From Candidatus Thorarchaeota archaeon (GTDB lineage Archaea > Asgardarchaeota > Thorarchaeia > Thorarchaeales > Thorarchaeaceae): a stretch of 64,000 nucleotides of DNA. Position numbers and translations under genes: made by a program. Below the pieces are notes generated by a model. It saw nothing but the letters and a program-made list of their open reading frames with translations, did no database searches and had not been told where the DNA came from. This document shows positions 19,672 through 29,484 of this stretch, one piece after another. The DNA is taken from contig JBHLQH010000004.1 of NCBI GenBank assembly GCA_048884965.1, forward strand, positions 115,368 to 179,367. The letters are read 5' to 3'. How positions within the stretch are numbered: the first letter of the stretch is position 1; each line of letters begins with the position of its first letter.

Positions 19672-22656
19672 TTGTTACGATGCCAATGTCTATTCGAGGG
19701 TATCATAGTGAAATCCAATGGTCATCGATTCAAAGGAAGCAATCGGTGGCCGCTTCAATATGCATTCTCCTCAATGAGAAGAAACTCATTGCGCACAGCA
19801 GGTATAGCCCTCATGCTAGCGGTTGGAGTGACCTTACCTTCAACTGTTTTCACATGGAGTTCAACTGGAATCTGGTTGACCACAAGAGACTACTTTGCGA
19901 ACAATATCTATCAGATGCGCATCGGACATTCTGCAATTCCTCAGGATACAATGACACCGACGCAAATAGCATATCTCAACACTTACAGAGATGAACAAGT
20001 CGCAGCGATGCGATTGGCTCGTTCCTACTCGATCATTGAAAGAGTAGATTTCGTTCCCACAACTCTTGGATTGGTGAACTCAATTGATGGTGAACGTTAT
20101 CTTCCTATGCTTTCCTACTATACAATGTACGGTCAGAACTATCGCGATGGAATCAAGGATTGCAGAGTCATCGTAGTTAATTCCAGCTTGCTAGATTTGT
20201 GGGGACCTGAGTTTCTCTGCGACGGCACGTTCAATGTGGCAAAGGATGAGATAGTTGTATCAGAGGGCCTGATAGAGTACACAAAGGATGTCTATGGTGC
20301 TGATATCACTATAGGTAGCAGAATTTCTCTTGATGTGTTTAGGCATCCGAACTATCAACACTATGGGAGCGGCTATCCTTGGGGATGGTCGCATCAGAAC
20401 GAAAACAACCTGACAGTGGTAGGCATCTACAACGCGAAATCATTACGTTCTCTAATCAGTGAAGTGTTTCCAGCGATTATGCGAAAGAACTGGGACCCAC
20501 TAGGACTTGCAGAGCCAGTTCTAGGTCTTGATGACTGCATTCTACTTTCAGAGGAGCATTTTGCGGATGAGGATATAGTTGAGATGGAAACCTACGGCTT
20601 CTATTGGCCTGGAGCACTAGTTCGGGGATCCTTCGATAATCTCATAGAGCTTGGAGCTGAGAATATCCAAGATACCCTGCTTGACATGAAGCTCCAAATT
20701 GAGGAACAAGTTCAGAATACTCCTTTTGATGGAATACAACGATTGGATGAGCTTCAATCATTTGTGGATAATTTCATCCAAAGTCGAAATCTGGTCGTTC
20801 TCACCTTCCCAGTGCTAATAATGAGTATGATGCTCTCAATCACTATCTCTGACCTCTCGATCCAGAGAAGAAAGAATGACGTAAGAACTGTCAGAGCCAA
20901 GGGAGCATCTTACAACCAGATCCTATCATCACTGATGTGGGAAGCGATGATACTCACATTCCTTGGAATTATAACAGGACTAGTTCTTTCAGTATTCCTT
21001 AGCCCTTTAATGGGGTCTTCCATCGATCTATTTGTGATGGATACCGATGCATTTACAGAGTATCTAGTGAACACAAAGATATCGCTGGCGGGTATCTTTG
21101 TCGGGGTTCTAATCGCATTCTATCTTCCGTGTGCCTACCTTCTTCAAATAGCTCGGAAAATCGATGTGAGTGAGATCGGCCAACAGAGGTCACTTGAAAA
21201 TGATGACATCGTTGAATCAACATCATTTCGCACACCAAGTCTTGCGCTTCTTCTAGTTATGGTCGGACTATTTCTGATGTCAGTTCTGGTCGAACCTAGT
21301 GGTGCCTTTGTCTATGTAGAAATCCTCATCGTGACAGTGTTGTTATTTGCTGGAGCATATTTTGGCTCATCGGTCATGCGACGAATCACAACAATGGCAT
21401 CCAGTCTTTTGCTACTCATCATAGGTGAAAAACAGCTATATGTCCGGCAGAGCTTCAGAAAGAGAAAAGGACAATTCGTGCCACTCTTCTTGATTCTCAC
21501 TCTGACGATGACTGTATCCGCCATGTCGCTAATACAGCTCTCCTCATTTAACGCCACGCTTGATAATGAGCTAAGATTCTCGATTGGAGCTGACCTGAGA
21601 ATCGAATGCTGGCCAAAAGAACTAGAATTCAATGAAACACTTTACAAATATCCAGGAGTCGTCTGCGTTGCACCTGTTGTTGAAACAATAGGAAGTGTAG
21701 CTTCTTCTACGTTCTTTATTGAAGGTGTGAGACCTCACGAGTATCTCCAAGTTGGTATATTTAGAGAAGATTGCTTTGTTGGAGCGACTCCAGAGGAGGT
21801 ATTGGATACTCTGAACCAGAACTCTCAAGGTATTGTAATCAGTGAATACTATGCTAAGATGTGGAACAAAACCATTGGCAGTAATGTATTCGTAAGCATG
21901 CAAGGCAGTGTTGGCGACACAAGTGCAAACTTTGTCGTCGTTGGAATCTGCAAGAGCGCACCAGGCTTTGGACTTGCATCAACCGAAGAAAATCCAAGGG
22001 ATTCTTTCGCATCCCAATTTGGGTTCCAAGCTGAACAGGGAGGTTTTGCTCTGGTGAATCTTGATTTCTTAGTTGAAAGAACGAAGATCAATACCACAGA
22101 GCTATTCCTAGTTGATACTGCATGTTGGGCTCAAGAGGATGAGATTATTCAAAATGTGGAAGCAGATATCAATACCAAAGTCTACGACCCTGATGACTTT
22201 GAATACAGACAGGTACACAACATCAATCTCTTCCTTTCGGCATTCACAGGAGTGAGTTCTGTCATCATTCTTGTTTCAACAACCATGGGACTTGCAAGTA
22301 TCGGATTCTTTCTCAGTTCTGATATAGCTGAACGAGAGGATGAGTATGCGGTGCTTCGTGCAGTAGGAGCGTCAAAGGGGCAGGTGTTCTCAATTGTATT
22401 TGGAGAATTTGCAGCAACAGTTTTGGCCGCTGCCGGAATCAGTCTTGTACTAGGGATTGCCTTTGGATACACCATGAGTCTGTTGACAGTTGGTGTGGCT
22501 CCATTCGCTAGTGCATTCCCTGCTCAACTCACATTCCCATCTCTACTCATTGGGATATCTTTTGGACTTGATATATCTGTTATGATCATCTCATGCTATT
22601 TGCCTGCAAAAAGAGCAGGTACCGTGGATCCTGCAGTCGTACTGAGGAATCTGTAG
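19672..22656 (+). CDS. FtsX/MacB-like (ABC3) permease with two FtsX domains; start uncertain
   Basis: RRKNDVRTVRAKGAS and EREDEYAVLRAVGAS motifs, C-terminal DPAVVLR. Confidence 0.85.
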   Translation: MLRCQCLFEGIIVKSNGHRFKGSNRWPLQYAFSSMRRNSLRTAGIALMLAVGVTLPSTVFTWSSTGIWLTTRDYFANNIYQMRIGHSAIPQDTMTPTQIAYLNTYRDEQVAAMRLARSYSIIERVDFVPTTLGLVNSIDGERYLPMLSYYTMYGQNYRDGIKDCRVIVVNSSLLDLWGPEFLCDGTFNVAKDEIVVSEGLIEYTKDVYGADITIGSRISLDVFRHPNYQHYGSGYPWGWSHQNENNLTVVGIYNAKSLRSLISEVFPAIMRKNWDPLGLAEPVLGLDDCILLSEEHFADEDIVEMETYGFYWPGALVRGSFDNLIELGAENIQDTLLDMKLQIEEQVQNTPFDGIQRLDELQSFVDNFIQSRNLVVLTFPVLIMSMMLSITISDLSIQRRKNDVRTVRAKGASYNQILSSLMWEAMILTFLGIITGLVLSVFLSPLMGSSIDLFVMDTDAFTEYLVNTKISLAGIFVGVLIAFYLPCAYLLQIARKIDVSEIGQQRSLENDDIVESTSFRTPSLALLLVMVGLFLMSVLVEPSGAFVYVEILIVTVLLFAGAYFGSSVMRRITTMASSLLLLIIGEKQLYVRQSFRKRKGQFVPLFLILTLTMTVSAMSLIQLSSFNATLDNELRFSIGADLRIECWPKELEFNETLYKYPGVVCVAPVVETIGSVASSTFFIEGVRPHEYLQVGIFREDCFVGATPEEVLDTLNQNSQGIVISEYYAKMWNKTIGSNVFVSMQGSVGDTSANFVVVGICKSAPGFGLASTEENPRDSFASQFGFQAEQGGFALVNLDFLVERTKINTTELFLVDTACWAQEDEIIQNVEADINTKVYDPDDFEYRQVHNINLFLSAFTGVSSVIILVSTTMGLASIGFFLSSDIAEREDEYAVLRAVGASKGQVFSIVFGEFAATVLAAAGISLVLGIAFGYTMSLLTVGVAPFASAFPAQLTFPSLLIGISFGLDISVMIISCYLPAKRAGTVDPAVVLRNL

Positions 22657-22688
22657 ATTACGCTGGTATCAAACCTTATCAAATAGAG

Positions 22689-25679
22689 ATGGGACATGGT
22701 TCAGTATCCAACCGGGGGCACTATGGACTCTTGCAACCAAGCACCACTCTGCATAAAGGAAGTAACCTTTGGCCAATTTCTTACGCAGTGCAGTCGCTAA
22801 GGAGAAGCTCATTGAGAACTACAGGGATCGCTCTCATGCTGGCAATTAGTGTCGCTCTTCCAGCGACAGTCTTCACTTGGAGTAATACGGGAATCTGGAT
22901 CACTGTTCAGGAGTACTTCGAGGACAATACGTATCAAGTCCGTATTGGCCATTCATTTATGGCAACTCCTGATACGAATTTACTCTACATAAGCTACCTC
23001 AATGAGTTCAGGGAAGATCAAGCTGAAGCTTTGGAATATGCTAAAACGTTCCCATTCGTTGAACGAGTGGATTTCGTGCCTACAACTATTGGATTATTGT
23101 CTGCCATAGAAAACCAATCAACGGTTCCTTCGAATCCCAATTACTGGATGTGGAACACTGTCTACGCCATGGGTTTCAAGGACTGTCGCGTGATCGTAGT
23201 GAATAACGAACTGCTAGGTAGATGGAGCAACGAATTTGAGTTCCAAGGTGATTTCTCCCTTCGTCCAGGTGAAGTTCTGGTTTCTGAAGACTTTGTCAAG
23301 TATACCAAACAGGTCCATGGTCTTGATATTATCGTAGGTAGTTCAATTTCAGTGAATATCTGCCGAAACCCAGACTACCACTATTATGGAACATTGACAC
23401 CTGAATATTGGAATCAACATACAGAGAGGAATGTCACCGTTGCTGGGATATATCGAATCAAATCACTGCGATCTCTGATTAGCGAAGTGTTTCCCTCCCT
23501 CACAAGGATAAACTGGGACCCATTTGCGGGAGGCGAATCAGTACTTGGTATCGCTGATTCTGTAATGTTTCACGAGGATTCATTCACGGACATAGAGATG
23601 GAGGAACTCTACGAATATGGTATCTTCTACCCTGCAGGGCTCATAAGAGGCGATACTGACAAACTTATGGAGCTCGGACCTGAAAAGATAGCTGACAATT
23701 TTCAGGGGTTTATGGAACAGGTGATATCAAGTGTTCCAGATACGCAAATCTATGGGACTCAGAACATCAACGATCTTCAGCAATATATTGATAATTTCAT
23801 TACAAGTAGAGGGTTGATTATCCTTTCATTTCCTGTTCTTTTCATGAGTGTAATGCTTACGGTCTATATCTCGGACCTTTCAATTCAGAAAAGACGAGAA
23901 AATGTTCGTATAGTTAGGTCAAAGGGAGCTTCCTACAATCAAGTCCTCTCATCAATGATGTGGGAAGCAATGATACTTACAGGAACCGGAATCATAGCAG
24001 GCATTTTACTCTCATTGATACTCAGTCCCATGATGGGATCTGCTATAGGACTGCTTGTATTCAATACAGAACTCTTCATACAATATATTGAACATCTAAG
24101 GCCATCGTTGGTTGGAATCATTATCGGTGGCTTCATCGCCATGTACCTTCCCGGTGGTTATCTCCTTCAAATCGCACGAAAGCTGGATGTTTCAGAGATT
24201 GGAATCCAGAAAAATTTGGAATCAGATGATATCGCTGAATCCCCATCGATTAGGAAACCAGGATTGCTTCTATTCATCATCATTGCAGGTATGCTTATCC
24301 TACCATTCACATTCGAACCCAGCGGCATTTTCGTATACTTGGAAATCATCATTGTTACTCTTCTCCTCTTTGCAGCAACATACTTTGGATCCTTTGTGAT
24401 GCGAAAGGTCACATCATCAATTTCAGGCATATCTGTCCTTGTGATGGGTGAAAAGCAGGCGTACGTTCGTCAGAGTCTGAAGAGAAGAAAGGGACAGTTC
24501 CTCCCACTGTTTATCATACTTACACTAACACTCACGATGTCTATCATGACACTGATTCAGGTGGCTTCTTTTGAATCGACTGTAGAAAGTGAGCTAGAAT
24601 TCTCCATAGGCGCAGATATTCGAATAGAGACCAAAAATATACCTCTTTCCTATAATCAAACACTGTATCGCTACTCTGGCGTTCGAGTTGTCACATCTGT
24701 TGTAGAAACGACAGGTCAAATTGCTACATCAACATTCTTTGTGGAAGGAATCAATCCACTTGATTACTTAAAGGTGGGAATTTTCCGGAACGATTGCTTT
24801 GTGAATGGAACGCCTGAGAGTGTCATGCAAACCCTAGCAAATACAGAACAAGGAATAGTCATCAGTGAGTACTATTCAGAACAGTGGAATAAAACTGTAG
24901 GCGATTCAGTTTATCTCCAGATGGATGGAGCGAATTCAACTGTGTATGGAAATCTGCGGATAGTCGGAATAGCCAGAAGCGCGCCAGGATTTGGATTAGC
25001 CTCTACAGAAGATATGCCTGCAGAATCCTTTGCTGCTCAATTCGGTTTTCAAGCAGCCCAAGGTGGATTCGTTTTAGTCAACCAGGATTTTCTAATTGAA
25101 CGAACAGGGATTCAAACTCCAGATATGTTCCTCATTGATATGGCATGGTGGGCACAAGACGAACATATCATAGCTAGCCTTGATGCTCTACCAAATTTTG
25201 AAGTATATACTTCAAGTACCTTTGATTATTCAGAAGCCCACAATGTCTTTCTATTCCTTACTGCCTTCAACGGCGTAAGTAGTGTGATCATTTTAATCTC
25301 AATCTCCTTAGGTCTTGCAAGTATCGGATTCTTCCTATCTTCAGATATTTCAGACAGAAACAGAGAATATGCGATCCTTAGAGCGTTAGGTGCATCTAAA
25401 GATCAGGTAGTATCTCTTGCGTTTGGAGAGTTCTCTGGCATAGTCCTATCATCTGCAGGGATTGGTTTGGTTCTAGGGGCTCTTTTTGGTTATACCTTCA
25501 GCTTAGTTGCAATCGGAGTAGCACCTTTTGCGACCGTTTTCCCAGTACAACTGAGTTTTCCAATTATCTCTATAGAAGTAGTGTTTCTTGTGGAGTTACT
25601 CGTTATGATTCTGAGTTGCTATGCACCAGCGAGAAAGGTGGGATCTGTTGAACCAGCGGCAGTCTTACGGAACCTCTAA
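22689..25679 (+). CDS. FtsX/MacB-like (ABC3) permease, tandem paralog
   Basis: Colinear with the upstream gene. RSKGASYNQ, LRALGAS and EPAAVLRNL motifs. Confidence 0.85.
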   Translation: MGHGSVSNRGHYGLLQPSTTLHKGSNLWPISYAVQSLRRSSLRTTGIALMLAISVALPATVFTWSNTGIWITVQEYFEDNTYQVRIGHSFMATPDTNLLYISYLNEFREDQAEALEYAKTFPFVERVDFVPTTIGLLSAIENQSTVPSNPNYWMWNTVYAMGFKDCRVIVVNNELLGRWSNEFEFQGDFSLRPGEVLVSEDFVKYTKQVHGLDIIVGSSISVNICRNPDYHYYGTLTPEYWNQHTERNVTVAGIYRIKSLRSLISEVFPSLTRINWDPFAGGESVLGIADSVMFHEDSFTDIEMEELYEYGIFYPAGLIRGDTDKLMELGPEKIADNFQGFMEQVISSVPDTQIYGTQNINDLQQYIDNFITSRGLIILSFPVLFMSVMLTVYISDLSIQKRRENVRIVRSKGASYNQVLSSMMWEAMILTGTGIIAGILLSLILSPMMGSAIGLLVFNTELFIQYIEHLRPSLVGIIIGGFIAMYLPGGYLLQIARKLDVSEIGIQKNLESDDIAESPSIRKPGLLLFIIIAGMLILPFTFEPSGIFVYLEIIIVTLLLFAATYFGSFVMRKVTSSISGISVLVMGEKQAYVRQSLKRRKGQFLPLFIILTLTLTMSIMTLIQVASFESTVESELEFSIGADIRIETKNIPLSYNQTLYRYSGVRVVTSVVETTGQIATSTFFVEGINPLDYLKVGIFRNDCFVNGTPESVMQTLANTEQGIVISEYYSEQWNKTVGDSVYLQMDGANSTVYGNLRIVGIARSAPGFGLASTEDMPAESFAAQFGFQAAQGGFVLVNQDFLIERTGIQTPDMFLIDMAWWAQDEHIIASLDALPNFEVYTSSTFDYSEAHNVFLFLTAFNGVSSVIILISISLGLASIGFFLSSDISDRNREYAILRALGASKDQVVSLAFGEFSGIVLSSAGIGLVLGALFGYTFSLVAIGVAPFATVFPVQLSFPIISIEVVFLVELLVMILSCYAPARKVGSVEPAAVLRNL

Positions 25680-26426
25680 TTAAGTGAGCATCTTGACATG
25701 ACCCTGATTATATAGCCAGAAATTCGAGTCCTTTAATCGACCCAAAAGAGTGACATGCGCGTTCATTGCAAGGTGAATTCCCATGTCGGTCGCGATAGCC
25801 AATGACCCCATTACAGGTATCCGTGTTCGGACTGCCTTTGAAACCATTTCAGATGTCAATCTACCCGTTACTAGTAGTAGCGATCGACCTAAGTCAAATC
25901 CCTTCTGCATTGCTAGACCTACTGCTTTGTCAACAGCATTGAACCTACCGACATCCTCAACAATGAAATGCCTATCAGTATCAATGTCATAAATCAGGGC
26001 GCCATGTGCTCCTCCAGTCCTATCATGCAATCCTTGGTTGGATAATAGTTCTTTCACTAATTGTCTAAGATCACTGACTTGAATACTAAGATCCTCAATC
26101 GATTCGAGGTGATAGGGAAAAGCAGAATCTCCTGTCTGCAATTGAAGGAATCTCCGGACCAAATCAGCTTTCTTCTTTGAGGTGAAAATAAGCTGATTTG
26201 ACTCACAAGACACTATTTCAATTTCCTCCATCCTTGAAATCAAGCCAGATGTCATCAAATGACCAATGCCTAATTGCTCCTCATGACCAGGGCTACAGGT
26301 GAATTTTGTGAGTTGCATATCATCCAACCAGAGTTCGAGAAATGATTCAGACACAATGACTTCAGGAGATTCAATGAATTCTCCTTCAATATACCGCATA
26401 AAACGTGTGTTTCTAGATGATTCCAA
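25680..26426 (-). CDS. fdhD: FdhD-family formate dehydrogenase accessory protein
   Basis: TGGAHGA, EDVGRFNAVDKAVG, TGRLTSEMVSK motifs. The CGxCG loop is absent. Confidence 0.82.
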   Translation of the reverse strand: MESSRNTRFMRYIEGEFIESPEVIVSESFLELWLDDMQLTKFTCSPGHEEQLGIGHLMTSGLISRMEEIEIVSCESNQLIFTSKKKADLVRRFLQLQTGDSAFPYHLESIEDLSIQVSDLRQLVKELLSNQGLHDRTGGAHGALIYDIDTDRHFIVEDVGRFNAVDKAVGLAMQKGFDLGRSLLLVTGRLTSEMVSKAVRTRIPVMGSLAIATDMGIHLAMNAHVTLLGRLKDSNFWLYNQGHVKMLT

Positions 26427-26552
26427 GGAAAGACCTCAAATTATGATGTTGAATCCACATTAAAATCTAGCATATAGGAAAACACGACCAAGCCATAAGC
26501 TTAAGATAGAGTTGCAGGTTGCAGATTTTAATTCAGATTGAGATGTTACGCT

Positions 26553-28013
26553 ATGCAACGACAACAAGAAACCTCGCCAGGATGGGGCTCGATCATCTTA
26601 GGTACAAGCTTTGGGATATTCCTAAGCGCCCTTGATTCCTCAATCGTCAACGTATCACTGGTAACTATAGCAGGGTCTCTCTCAGTGGACATGGCATCCA
26701 TTCAATGGGTTATCTTGGCCTACCTTCTAATCATCACGTCCCTAATGCCATTGATGGGAAAGTTTGGGGATCGATATGGAAAGACCTTTGTTTTTCAGAC
26801 TGGAATGATCGTCTTTATTGTTGGATCCTTATTTTGTGCGTTCTCACCAACGCTTAGTTTTCTTGTCGCATCGCGCGTGTTCCAGGCTATTGGCGCTGCA
26901 ATGATGTCAGCAAATGGTCTCGCAATTGTTACATACTTTACAACACCGGAGAATAGAGGTCGAGCAATAGGTACGAATTCTGTCGTGTTGGCGGTAGCTC
27001 TTGCAGTTGGTCCGGTTCTCGGAGGAATCCTTAGTGAATTCTTTGGCTGGGCAAGCATCTTCCTGGTCAACCTGCCCATTGGCATCATAGGTTTCATTGC
27101 CGTGTCAAAGCTCATTCCACAAACTGAACGAATACAAGAAACCAAATTTGATACAATTGGTGCTGTACTATTCTTTCTCTTGCTATTCCTATTTGTCTAT
27201 ACAGTATCAGCATTGACATCTCTAGAATCCTGGATGATACTTCTTCTGGTTGGAGCTACTATTGCATCATTCGTCGGCTTAATCTATCGGGAAAGAACCT
27301 TCGTCAGCCCGATCATTCCAACAAGAGTTCTTGCAGATAGAAGAATAAGTGCCAGCGTCTTCTCCGCAATTCTCGCGTATTTCGGCATGATCCCAGTCAC
27401 TTTCTTGTTCCCATTCTTTTTGCAAGAAGCAATGGGCTTTTCCCAATCAGTAACGGGAATCTTGATGATCACGCATCCACTAACGATCTTTGCCACGGGT
27501 CCCATTGCAGGATATGTTTCAGAGAGAGTGAATGGCAATGTCCAGACCACCTTAGGACTACTTATTGAAACAATCGGACTTGTGTTCATCGCCACATCGA
27601 TTCCAAATGTCCCATTCATGCTCATAGGCATTATCATCATGGGCAGTGGGCTCTCATTCTTCTCGGTAGCCAATGGTAACTTTGTTATGACCTCTGCGCC
27701 TAAACAGTATATGGGAGTTGTGAGTGCACTGACGAATATTGCACGAACGACAGGTTTCAGTATCTCGACCGCGATTGCTACGACTATCTTCTCATACTTC
27801 TTCTTAGTCCTGAACCCAGGTGGTGAGATTGCTGGAGCTGTGTTCTTTGCTGCTTATGCAGGAGCATATCAAATTGCTATCTACTCCACTTGTGCTCTAG
27901 TTCTTATAGCTGCCTTTATCTCAGCATTTAGAGGGTTGAGTCCCTCAGAGGTCCTTCTGGAAAGGAATGATTCCCAATTGGTGATTTTTGAGCATGAGCA
28001 GGCGAATGACTAG
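26553..28013 (+). CDS. MFS transporter, DHA2 (14-TM) family
   Basis: LDSSIVNVSL, GKFGDRYG, GPVLGG and IFLVNLPIG motifs. Confidence 0.9.
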   Translation: MQRQQETSPGWGSIILGTSFGIFLSALDSSIVNVSLVTIAGSLSVDMASIQWVILAYLLIITSLMPLMGKFGDRYGKTFVFQTGMIVFIVGSLFCAFSPTLSFLVASRVFQAIGAAMMSANGLAIVTYFTTPENRGRAIGTNSVVLAVALAVGPVLGGILSEFFGWASIFLVNLPIGIIGFIAVSKLIPQTERIQETKFDTIGAVLFFLLLFLFVYTVSALTSLESWMILLLVGATIASFVGLIYRERTFVSPIIPTRVLADRRISASVFSAILAYFGMIPVTFLFPFFLQEAMGFSQSVTGILMITHPLTIFATGPIAGYVSERVNGNVQTTLGLLIETIGLVFIATSIPNVPFMLIGIIIMGSGLSFFSVANGNFVMTSAPKQYMGVVSALTNIARTTGFSISTAIATTIFSYFFLVLNPGGEIAGAVFFAAYAGAYQIAIYSTCALVLIAAFISAFRGLSPSEVLLERNDSQLVIFEHEQAND

Positions 28014-28017
28014 ACTG

Positions 28018-29355
28018 CTAGAGATCACAAGTATCTGCCAAGAAGAGAACTCTTCTTCTGAAATCAGGATGATCAAGAAGGAGTAAGTTATTCCCTACCT
28101 CACTATCGAACATCAACTTCTTGGGATTGTTGCGGAGCATCGTGATGAGTTCCATTAATTCATCAGTTGAGAGGCGACTGTCCCCATCGGCATCAGCTAC
28201 TCTCCAATCAACCACTTTGATTGGTTGCTCGCCCTTTTCCTCAGTCACTTTTTCTGCACGTTTCTCTGAGAGGGTATTGGCGGCTGGAGTAATGGCATCA
28301 ATAATCTGTTGATCCGATAGCTCCACACCATAGACCTCTCGAAGATGCTTTAACTTAGTATAGAGATACACCCAGGGAGCCATTGACTCCGCATTCTTTT
28401 CATCAATACCATCAAGCGGGAATGCTAATAGCATTCTACCAAGTTCTGCTTGGGTAATTGGATTGACGCGCTCAGGATTCAACGATTCCAACCATCTGAT
28501 CGTAGCTGTTAGGGCGGTGATTGCTTCTACACGTTGTCCGAGTCTTATTAGCGCATTCATAGTGGGTACGGTCCCAATTGTCTCTGCGGCGTGATGGTCT
28601 GCAAGAAGCTCCGCTGCCCGAGATGATTTCTGAATGAACAACTTGGCGACAGTCATTACAAGTCGAGATATGAAGAAGAAGGCAAGGAGCACGATGACTC
28701 TTATTCCAGCAACAGGAACGTCGAAGTTCACAAGTAATGCTGTAGCGACACCGAGTCCAATTCTCACATAGATGTAAAGATATATGATATCAACAAAGAA
28801 ATTCGGCATTTGGGAGAAGATTGAAACCAACGAATCATGATTTCTAATGTGACCAATCTCGTGAGCAATAATGGATTTGACTTCATCCACATCAAGCAAG
28901 TCTGTGAGATTACTGAAGATCACAAGCACGGACCCAACGAAGGGAAGACTGAATGTAAATGCATTCGGGATAGGAGATTGCATGACATATACTCGACTGA
29001 GCTTCACCTTCGATATTTCGGCAATCTCATGAGACCATTGTACGAGTTCATCCCTTGAGTATTTGCAATGCCATGGTTTCGTGTCATCGAACTTGGGGTG
29101 CAGCTCACGCATCATAGTTCCATTTAGCATACCAAGAGATACGTAGTATAGCATGATCATCTGGAAGATGCCAATTCCAAGAAACAAGCTGAGGGAGATG
29201 ATAGGATTATTCTGAGAGAAATCAAACCCGATAATCCAGTCTGTGCTCTCATTTAGCGTTAGCACAGAAACGACTAGTATCTGTAGAATATCGATAACAA
29301 GGAAGGCGATCAATGTTATCCATTTTCTCATTCGGATTTCCTCAACCATCGACAA
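28018..29355 (-). CDS. M48 (HtpX/Ste24-like) membrane zinc metalloprotease with EF-hand-like insert
   Basis: PNAF, AHEIGH, ELLAD and terminal HP motifs, plus DADGDSRLSTDE. Confidence 0.85.
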   Translation of the reverse strand: MSMVEEIRMRKWITLIAFLVIDILQILVVSVLTLNESTDWIIGFDFSQNNPIISLSLFLGIGIFQMIMLYYVSLGMLNGTMMRELHPKFDDTKPWHCKYSRDELVQWSHEIAEISKVKLSRVYVMQSPIPNAFTFSLPFVGSVLVIFSNLTDLLDVDEVKSIIAHEIGHIRNHDSLVSIFSQMPNFFVDIIYLYIYVRIGLGVATALLVNFDVPVAGIRVIVLLAFFFISRLVMTVAKLFIQKSSRAAELLADHHAAETIGTVPTMNALIRLGQRVEAITALTATIRWLESLNPERVNPITQAELGRMLLAFPLDGIDEKNAESMAPWVYLYTKLKHLREVYGVELSDQQIIDAITPAANTLSEKRAEKVTEEKGEQPIKVVDWRVADADGDSRLSTDELMELITMLRNNPKKLMFDSEVGNNLLLLDHPDFRRRVLFLADTCDL

Positions 29356-29484
29356 CTAAACCATACCTCTCGTTCATTATAGCCATTCTCTTGGAAACGC
29401 TTTCCTCACATAAAGATTGGCACTTGCAGCGCGTTTAGTAGCCTTTATCTAGAATCACCAGTTCCACAACCTTGAGGGTCCCGG

